Source: Octopus vulgaris (Eukaryota). Taken from it: 64,000 nucleotides of DNA. The translations under genes and the position numbers were made by a program. Location: NCBI GenBank assembly GCA_951406725.2, contig OX597831.1:2728001-2792000 (forward strand), given 5' to 3'. The notes under the pieces are model-generated. The model saw only the letters and a program-made list of their open reading frames with translations. It had not been told where the DNA came from and did no database searches. This document shows positions 54,205 to 64,000 of this stretch, piece by piece (position 1 is the stretch's first letter; every line of letters starts with the position of its first letter).

Positions 54205-56661
54205 AGTGCATATGTGTGCATGTGATTGTGTGTGTGTCTGTGTGAGTATGTGAGTGTGTGTCTGGATGCAAGTGTGTTTGTGTGCCTATGTGCAAGTATG
54301 TGTGTATGCAAGTGTGTCTGTGTTTGTGTGTATTTTTATGTATGTGTAAGCACACATATTCACACACGTGCATGCACACACACACGCTAGAGATGTGCCA
54401 ATTTTGTCTTAACAATAAGAAAGCACAAATGCTACTCATTTCATGAAAATGTCATCACACCATACACCTAACCCCACCCTCCTTTTCACACACCTAATTA
54501 TGACCGACACTCATCTTCGCAACCACTCACCCCACTTGCTGGGTTTTACTGTCACCAAAGATCTCTATCCTCGTAAAAGCAGATCCTCAAAATCACCACA
54601 TTCCAAGAACTGACCCTTTTCCTCAGAGCTTGAAGATACTTTGTTCCCCCCTCCCATCACCACTACCACCACCACCACCAAAAACAACAACAACAACAAC
54701 ATTTAGGAACAAGGACACTCTACAAAGCTTCAGGTGAAAACTACAGTGGAATATTATTTAAGTATGAGCTGGCAGAGTTGTTATGGTGGAATTTTGTTCA
54801 TCCTTACATTCTAAGTTCAAATTCTGCTGAAGCCAGCTTTGCCTTCCATCATTTCTCATCATCATCATCATCATCATCATTTAACGTCCACTTACCATGC
54901 TAGCATGGGTTGGACGATTTGACTGAGGGCTGGCGAACCAGATGGCTGCATCAGGCTCCAAACTTGATCTGGCAGAGTTTCTACAGCTGGATGCCCTTCC
55001 TAACGCCAACCACTCCGAAAGTGTAGTGGGTGCTTTACCGTGCCACCAGCACGAGGGCCAGTCAGGCAGTACTGGCAATGGCCACGCTCAAATGGTGTTT
55101 CTTACGTGTCACCTGCACAGGAGCCAGTCCAGTGGCACTGGCAACGACCTCGCTCGAATGTTTTTTCACATGCCACCGGCACAAGTGCCAGTAAGGCAAC
55201 GCTGGTAATGATCATGCTTGAATGGTGCTTTTTACATGCTCCTGGCACAGAAGCCAGTCAGCTGCTCTAGCAACGATAACGCTCGGATGGTGCTCTTAGC
55301 ACTCCACTAGCACGGATGCCAGTCATCGAATTTGATTTCGTTTTCCGAGTTGATAAAATAAGTACCAGTTGAACACTGGGGTTGATGTAGTCAATTTTCC
55401 CTCCCCTGAGGGAAAATTTGAAACCATTATCTAAATACACAAAAATAACAAAAAAAGAGAGATAAGAAAGGAAAAGAAAGAAAAGAAAAAAGGAGGGTAA
55501 AGCAGCAGAAGATAGAGAGGGTGATGGGCCACACACCTTGGAACAAAAGGTATACTCAGCCATGCCCCATGGTAATGACTGTGATGGCATTTCTGCAGAG
55601 AATGGCCAGTGACACTCGCTGCAGCTGCTCTTATCCTGATTTTGTGCAGGAAATTGGCACTCTTTTACTCTTTTACTCTTTTATTTGTTTCGGTCATTTG
55701 ACTATGGCCATGCTGGAGCACCACGTTTAGTTGAGCAAATCGACCCCAGGACTTATTCTTTGTAAGCCTAGTACTTATTCTATCGGCCTCTTTTTATCGA
55801 ACCACTAAGTTATGGGGACATAAGCACACCAGCATCGGTTATCAAGCGATGTTGAGGGGACAAGCACAGACACACAAACATATACACACACATACATATA
55901 TATATATATATACATATGTACGATGGGCTTCTTTCAGTTTCTGTCTACCAAATCCACTCACAAGGCTTTGGTCAGCCCGAGGCTATAGTAGAAGGCACTT
56001 GTCCAAGGTGCCACGAAGTGGGAATGAACCCAGAACTATGTGGTTGGTAAGCAAGCTACTTACCACACAGCCACTCCTGCACCTATGCACACAGCCACTC
56101 CTAGCACAGGATTTGAGAACACTTCATGCCTCAATGATGACCAGCATAAACTGGTTGTGGCCAGTCAGGCGCCTGTATTGATTTTTCTCTCCTCTGCTTA
56201 ATGGGTAGCAACACCCAAGTTTGCAGCGAACCCTGCAAGACTGGAGTTGAAGAACATGTTGCTGCATGTCGCAGCCCAATGAAATATTGCTTTTATATCT
56301 GAGCTGGTGCTGTTGCTGTACATACAGACGTCTTGGAATTCAACCAGAACAGGACCAACTGGGTGATTGGTATAAAGTTACTCAAAGACACTTCTGGCCT
56401 GCTATAAGCACTGAAGGCGGCGAGCTGGCAGAACCGTTATTTCATCAGCTGTTACGTTCTGAGTTCAAATTCCGCCATAGTCCACTTTGCCTTTCATCCT
56501 TTCGGGGTCGATAAATTAAGTACCAGTTATGCACTGGGGTCGATGTAATCGACTTAATCCATTTGTCTGTCCTTGTTTGTCCCCTCTATGTTTAGCCCCT
56601 TGTGGGCAATAAAGAAATAAGAAATAAACACTGTCTCCTCACCATGCTTTTTTCTACCATA

Positions 56662-58020
56662 TACACAAAATAATGTCAAAAGGTTTCTGAACTAATTATG
56701 TTATTAAAAAAAGTGAAACAGTCACCTTGCTCAGCAATACACCAGACCCAGTGTTTCTGCCACTTTTGGAATCCAACCTGGAAGTTATTTTCCATAATCG
56801 AGTCAAGGCCCTTCTGTGAGTTGCTCTGGATTTTGACAATGGTGTAAAGATGGTGGCCATTAACCTGCCTTTTTTATCTTGGGGAAGAGATGGAAGTCTG
56901 CTGGTGCTAAATCTGGTAAATGGGGCAGGTGCAGAAGCGATACCATGTTGTTTTTTGGCGAGAAACTCATGAGCAAGGAGAGCTTGGTAAAGAATCCAAT
57001 TCTTTGTGCTCTGCAGATCCGGTCGCTTTCACTGAATGTCCTCCATCAAACGCTTCAAAACGGTGCCATAGAACTCTTTATTAATGGTCTGGCCCTGGGG
57101 GACAAATTCTTGATGTGCAATACCACATTTCTGGGAGTGACACTCATGGTAGATCTTCCAGATCACTTGTCATCTTCCAAGGACATTCTTCCACTTTTGA
57201 AGTGCCTGTGTCATTCGAAACATTGCATACATCCCATTGCCTCTTCACCATAAATCTTGCTGAAGCATGTTCAATGTCTTTGTAGCAGATTTCTCAAGTT
57301 TAACACAAAATTTCAAAACTTACTATTTTTAAATCTCACAACATGTGATATTCAGTGACAGTACTTTTTAGTAAAGATTGTTTGCCAACATAACATGTCA
57401 GTCCTGGTCTAGGACGAATGTTGCTGTTATTTAGCTCCAGGAGACATCGTATCCAGCTGGCAATACAACACAATCTGTGTAAGTTTCTAATTTATAAATC
57501 AGTGACTAGTTGTCGCTTTAAAGACTACATGTTTCGAACAGGAATTTGGCAGCGTCACCTCAAGTCGATCAATTATTCTGTGCTGATGAAGAGAAATAAC
57601 CCAGAAATCGTGATACAAAAATATTGTTTTGAGCTGGATAGGAGTGCTAGGTTCCCTTGTTCAAAAGTATAAGGACACAGGTTGTGTCATATAGCCAGCT
57701 GGAGACGATGTCTCCTGGGGCTAAATTACAGCACCATTAGTCCTAAACCTGGACTGCCATGTTGGCAAACAGTCTTTACTACAAAATTTCAAGCTGGTTC
57801 TTTGTTCCAACTTTCTGTCCATGACAAAAATCACAGACTACAGTAATACATGTGATCACAAAAACACAAATTTCACAACTCACAAAGTAAACACAGCAGT
57901 GACATGTGGCACACTGCCACATGAAGGTCACTTCTAGATCTTACTGTGCACGCAACCGTATGCTGCCATCTGTTGGTGGGCTACAGAACCAGTCTGGGAA
58001 CTTTTTGATACCACCTCACA
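56662..58020 (-). mobile_element. Decayed mariner element interrupted by a fold-back insertion
   Basis: Minus strand gives MDRKLEQRTSLKFC|VKLEKSATKTLNMLQQ..GEEAMG...HFKSGRMSLEDD*SGRS and a C-terminal FQVGFQKWQKHWVWCIAEQGD. A TIR-like GAGGTGGTATCAAAAAGTTCCCAGACT lies near 58000. Confidence 0.85.
57317..57780. mobile_element. Fold-back insertion (110-bp inverted arms, 12-bp TSD), probably Penelope-like
   Basis: Arms are 57370-57480 and 57675-57780. The TSD ACAAAATTTCAA lies at 57305-57316 and 57781-57792. The spacer has hammerhead-like remnants. Confidence 0.7.
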
Positions 58021-58189
58021 TAACAGCCTCTGTCTCAGGCATTGTCTCTCCTTTTCCAATCATTCCTGTTGTGTCCAAACCCTAAACCTCACTCCACCAC
58101 ACCCCACCTTGGCCCAGGGCTAATTTCCATGTTCAGTCCTTCTTTCCTTACTAGAATGTTGGCCCTCTGGTGTGATGATGCTGGTGTTT

Positions 58190-58192
58190 GTG

Positions 58193-58258
<66 letters not shown>

Positions 58259-60159
58259 ATAGTAGTAGTAGTAGTAGTGGCAGCAGCAGCAGTGGTGGTG
58301 GTGATGGTGGTGATGGTGGTGATGGTGGTAGTGGTAGTGGTAGTAGTAGTAGTAGTAGTAGTTGTAGTAGTAGTAGTTGTTAATTCAAATGAGCAGCGGC
58401 AGCTGTGAAGATGATGGTGGTGAAGATGATGGTGGCGATGATGATGGTGGTGAAGATGACGGTGGTGATGATGATGGTGGCGATGATGATGGTGGTGGTG
58501 GTGGCGATGATGATGATGATGGTGGTGGTGGTGGTGGTGGTGGTGATGGTTATAGTGCTGTTGGTGGGTGATGACGGTGATGACAATGATGATAATGACG
58601 ATGATGATAGTGGAGGTGGTGGTGTTGGTGATTTTGCTGCTGCTGTTGTTGATGGTGGATGTCGCAGTATTCACTGAATCGGTGGTGTTGGGTGGAGGAA
58701 AGGGTCAACGAAAAGTGATGATGACAGCAGCTGCGGTGTTGCTGGTGGTGGTGGTGGTGGTGGTGGTGGTGGTGGTGGTGGTGGTGGTGGTGGTGGTAGT
58801 GGTGGAAGAAAGAGTCATTAGTGGTTTGTCATCCAAACTATAATAGTTCTAAATCTAACTTGAAAATATTTGATGCCAAAATATTGTTTCCCTGATTCAT
58901 GTTGACATCTTTATTTCACATACACACATGTGTGTGTGTGTGTGTGTGCATGCATGTGTGTGTGTGCGTGTGTGCGTGCGTGCGTGTGTTAATGCGAGTG
59001 GAGTGTGTGTGTGTGTGTGCATGTGTGTGTGTGCGTGCGCACGTGTATGTGATCTTTTGTATATGTGTGTGTGTGTGTGTGTGTCTGTGTGTGTGATCCT
59101 GTGTGTGTGTGTGTGTTTATGTATGTGTACGTGTATATGTGTGATCATATGTGAGTTTGTGTGTGTATGTAGGTGCAGGTGTGATTGTGTGTATGTGTTT
59201 GTGTGTGTATGTGTATTTATAAGAGTGTGTGTATGTGATAGTGTGTATGAGTGTTTCTATGTGCGGATGTGTGTGTGGATGTGATCATGTATATGTGTGT
59301 TTATGTGTGTATGTGTGTATATGTTCATGTATATGTATGTATGCATCTGTATGTGTGTGTGTGTGTTTGTGATTCTGTCTCAAACCACCCCCTACACCTT
59401 AAACACCTACCCATCCCAACCCACCCATCCAGTCCCCTTCTTCTCACCACCCTTTCCTCTTTCTCTTATCTCTGTCTTGCCACCACCACCCCCCACTAAC
59501 TTCTCTCTCTTCTCTCATCACATATGACTAGAAAATGTCTCTTCTACTTTCACTTTCACATTCTTCTCTTTCTATCACAATTCTCTTTTTCATTTCCACC
59601 CCTCCTGTACACACACACACACACATCACCACACCCACCCTGGTCAGCCACCACCAAAACCACCATCACCACCACCACCACCACCACCACCTCCATCACC
59701 ACCACCATCCCCATGATTACCACCTCCACCACCATGATCACCACCACCATACCACTCCCTCACCACCACCACTACCACCCCATCCATCCCCATACAACCC
59801 CTCGCCACCCCCACCCATCCTCATTCCTTGCATTGTTTTTTGTTAATAGTGTTGTTGTTTATATTTTTATGTTGTTATTCCTGTTTATTTGTTTTATAGA
59901 TTTTATTTATTTTATTTTTAGATAGTTTATTATAGTTTGTTTTGTTGTGTTATTTTTTGCTTGTTTTTTGTCTTTGCTAAAGCTCACCCCCAACTTTTTC
60001 CCTGCTCTACCCCCAAACACACACATTCACGTGCACACACACATCCACAGACATGCACAGATATTTGCATGTATGTGCATGCACGCACACATATATACAC
60101 ACACACATGCACACACATTTGCTCACAAAGACACACATATCTGCACACAGCCATGCATT

Positions 60160-60190
<31 letters not shown>

Positions 60191-60385
60191 ACACACACAC
60201 TCACAAACACATACACTCACACACACACACACACTCACACACACATACACACACATGCACACACATTTGCTCACAAAGACACACATATCTGCACACAGCC
60301 ATGCATTCACACACACACACACATACACACACACTCACACACACACACGCACACACACACACACTCATACACACATACACGCGTC
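58190..60385. repeat. Compound microsatellite field (AGT/GGT/GAT, TG, ACC, CA)
   Basis: Directly visible. Confidence 0.95.
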
Positions 60386-61262
60386 TCTTCCAATCTTCAG
60401 ACTCACTTATTAACACTCCTCTTCCACTCCCTTCACCTCATCCTTTTTTTTTTTTCACACTGTATTTTATTTTGTTTTATTTTTATCTTTTAATATTTTT
60501 TTTTCTCAATTTTACTATTTAATTTATTTTCTTTTCTTCATTTCATTTGTCATTTAGCTAATTGCGACAAAGAAGAGAAAAAAAAAAAAACGAAAACGTA
60601 AAAGAAAATGGCATTGGAACGAGGGTGGCAAAGGAGGAAGTTACTTCAATATTTTTCAGAAAAAAATTTATGATGGCGATGGGTTTATACTTTCTAAATT
60701 ATTTAAAATTATTTATTTTAGTTGCTGCCGAAACTCTTGCTGTCTGCTGCAATAAAATAAACTTTGCCATTATTGTACTAAACAGTTCAAGATTTGAAAG
60801 GTGTGTGCCGTAATGTATTATCAGTTTGCAACAAATATTGGCTGGTTAAGAAGATTGCAGAGAGCCAGGGGTGGATTAAGATTTAAATTGTTGGCCATAA
60901 GGTCAAAGGTTTTATGTCGTGTCACTGGCCATGTACCGAGAGAGAGGTCACAGTAGTAATGTACTGAGTTGATGTCCATGGCACTTAAAGTTCTCTGCTT
61001 CGGTTAAACTAACTATAAATTGCCACAAATTAATAATGAAAACATCTGAAGTAATGTATTATTTATGAAACAGTGGTGCTAAAATTCAGTTTTTGTTGTG
61101 GCTAAAGTGTGGCAATGGATGTGCTCTGTGTGGTTTGTTTATGCTTAATTCAATGGTTGAAGGCAAAGTTTTCATCAGTACTTAAATAACCTTCCAACTG
61201 GTTTGTTTTTGGTGCTTGATTTTTAAAATTTTTATTTGCTGGGTCAAAGTGGAATGAGACAA

Positions 61263-61404
61263 CTAGGCACGGCTGTTTGGATGCTGGCCGTTGGGCACAG
61301 CTGACTGAACTTTCAGCCTGTTTTGGCGACTGTACTTCTTGGCGTTGGTGGGAAGCACACTCTCACATGGACGGACACACACACACGCACACGCACACAC
61401 ACAT

Positions 61405-61467
<63 letters not shown>

Positions 61468-61476
61468 CGCACACAC

Positions 61477-61513
<37 letters not shown>

Positions 61514-61850
61514 AGTGCAGAAAGTCATACATGCAGGTAGAGAAAGTGAGAGAGAGAGAGAGGGGAACATTACACTTTATTAATTAAACGCAATTAATAT
61601 AAACACTTTCCTTCTCCCCAGACACATAAAGAGAAAGGTTCTCACAGATGCATAAACAGAGAGGAGAGTGAGAGAGAGAGAGAGAGAGAGAGGTGGAGGG
61701 GAGAAATTGGGAGAAATACTGAAACATGAGAAATGTTAAGATGTCTGATGTCAAATAAGTCAGCATCAAATCAATGATTCCAAATAGGCAGTGCCAAAAT
61801 TGCTTTGCCAAAATAGCTATGCCGAAATGGCTGTGCCAAAACAGTTCTTA
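61263..61850. mobile_element. Possible decayed Mutator-like non-autonomous element
   Basis: Short subterminal repeats (GGCTGTTTGG, GGCCGTTGGGCAC, GCCTGTTTTGGC) on the left are mirrored by GCCAAAATAGC, GCCGAAATGGC and GCCAAAACAG on the right. Confidence 0.4.
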
Positions 61851-62803
61851 GTCATCTACAGAAAGTGTGGTACTCATGGCCTTTGTAGACCCTCCAAGAC
61901 AGCTGTTCCATTTTAAACTATTGCCAGTCAACGTCTGCATGGAAGATATGAAGTGAGAATTCCAGGTGTGGTGCAGGTTGGGTTGAGGTGCAATGTTCTT
62001 GGGAAGAAGGTCTGAATGTAGATGTAGTTAGTGCAAAATCTAAGGGCAGATGGTCGACACAATATGGGTGATGAGAGAATGAAAGATGAAAGGTGTAGTC
62101 AATTTTGTCATTTGCCCTTTTAGAGGTCAATTAAATGAAGTACCAGTCATATATTGGGCTTGATGTAATTGTCTGAGCCTCTCAGAAAATTAAGTGTTTG
62201 TTTTAAAATTTGAGTTTACATAGATAGTATTTTACATAGGATATGGGCAGTTCTCATAAGCACTATCTTTTGAATTTCTGCCATTTTGGGGTTTCCTGGT
62301 ATCTGAGCTAGGTAGCAATCAGCCCCTTTTGCTATCATTCCTAGGATGTTGTTGTTGTTGTTATTATTTTACCGGGTATGATGGAAAGTGTCATCTGTCC
62401 ACAGCCAGCAGACTAAGGTGACACTTGTTTACTGGTCTTGCATCAAGAACCCTGCAAAGAATTCTTGCAGTTCCAAGCAATGCTGATTTTTGTAGGTGTC
62501 CTACCTTCACACTTGCACCAATCTAGTGATATTATTATTATCATCATCATCATCATCATCATCATTATTTTTAAGGGAATAAGATGGTAGAATTTTTAGT
62601 ACACTAGACAAGATGCCTAACAGCATTTCTTTCAGGTTTATGCTGTTTTCAAATGCCATCACGGCTGACTTTGCCTTTCATCAGCTGTCCTTAGTATAAT
62701 TGACTGTTCCCTTTTCCTCATAAATGTACAGCCTTGTACCTTTATAAGACACATCTACCACCATCTTTATTATACAAGACCAGACACTGTAACAGCTTAG
62801 GTT

Positions 62804-62878
62804 TCAAGGACCCACAGCTCTTCAAGGACCCACAGCTCTTCAAGGACCCACAGCTCTTCATGGACCCACAGCTCTTCA
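62804..62878. repeat. 4 x 18-bp tandem repeat
   Basis: CAAGGACCCACAGCTCTT occurs four times, with one substitution. Confidence 0.95.
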
Positions 62879-63529
62879 GAGACCTGTAGTGGGTGGAAGT
62901 AGGTGTCTTCAAACCAAAACTGGATCTTCTCCAGTCAAGAGTTCCAGACGAGCCTATATCACACGACAGGACACACAGACGAGAGCAGCAGCATCAAACT
63001 CCCTCATTCACCAAATGCCACATATATCAAAGGAGATTTCAAGTAGTGGAAAGCATAGCAAAAGCTGATGGCAGTGCCCCAGCATGGCCACAACTCTCGA
63101 ACTAAAACTAGTTAAAGAGTCAAAGAGAATCATGTCAGAAATACATTAAGCAATTCCTTTCTTACATAAAACAATAAAAAAAAAAAGAAAATGGCTACAT
63201 GTTGCAAACATGTTTAATAATTGTCCAAGGTCAACAAATATTTGGTAAGAATGCATTACGTCTCTCTCTCTCTTCTCTCATAATATTTACACATTACGAT
63301 ATTGCTGCTTTCTGAATCATACCTCCAGGTAATCTGTCAATGTCTTTATATCAATGTTTGTGTATCACTGCCAGTTGTTCTAATTACAATCATTTGATAA
63401 ACACTGTTTATATGGGGTTTTTTTTTAGCTCAACAACAACAACAATTTAAGTCAGTGTAATTCCTTTGCTTTTCAGCTCTGCTTTTCTATGCAAACAGTC
63501 GCTCAATAATAATGCTATGCTGATTATTA

Positions 63530-63726
63530 ACGATGATGATAATAATAATAATAATAATAATAATAGTAATAGTAATAACAGTAATGGTGGTGATGATGGT
63601 GGTGGTGGTGATGATGATGATGGTGGTGATGATGATGATCATGATGATGGTGAGATTGTTGTCATTTCTGCCATGGAAAGTGATGTCAGGCTTGTGTTGT
63701 CAGTTTGATGGTGGTTTGTCTGTATG

Positions 63727-63773
<47 letters not shown>

Positions 63774-63778
63774 CATCA

Positions 63779-63838
<60 letters not shown>

Positions 63839-63968
63839 CAACACCACTACTACCACCACCACCACCACTACTACTACTACTACTGCTGCTGCTACTGCTG
63901 CTACTGCTACTACTACTATTGCTGCTACTACCACCACTACCACCACCACAACCACCACTGCTACTGTA
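63530..63968. repeat. Trinucleotide microsatellites (AAT/GAT/GGT then CTA/CCA/CTG)
   Basis: Directly visible. Confidence 0.95.
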
Positions 63969-64000
63969 GTCAACATTGTCTTCCACTTTTATCTGTCTGG

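Overview
This is a eukaryotic, repeat-saturated, essentially non-coding window. The SINE families, RTE LINE tails and very high microsatellite density look like an octopod cephalopod, probably Octopus. That assignment comes from recalled repeat sequences, not a database search. I found no intact host protein-coding gene. The long entries in the ORF track are microsatellite translations, and the real protein similarities are decayed RTE reverse transcriptases, Tc1/mariner transposases and possibly a Gypsy gag. The main signal is a set of minimal type-I hammerhead ribozyme motifs of the Penelope-like-element kind (CUGANGA - helix II - GAAAC - palindromic loop - GUA). Six lie within about 3 kb (17.2-20.2 kb) between (TA)n tracts, and four of these have an intact catalytic core. 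Several have unusually long helix II inserts, and the six use five different palindromic dimerisation loops. Other observations are a triplicated non-coding module at 35-42 kb, a ~30-bp motif repeated three times at 12.1-13.0 kb, a 250-bp inverted templated insertion, a TSD-flanked fold-back element inside a mariner, a pentameric SINE array and alternating inverted SINEs. Coordinates were read by eye, so degenerate repeat edges are approximate.
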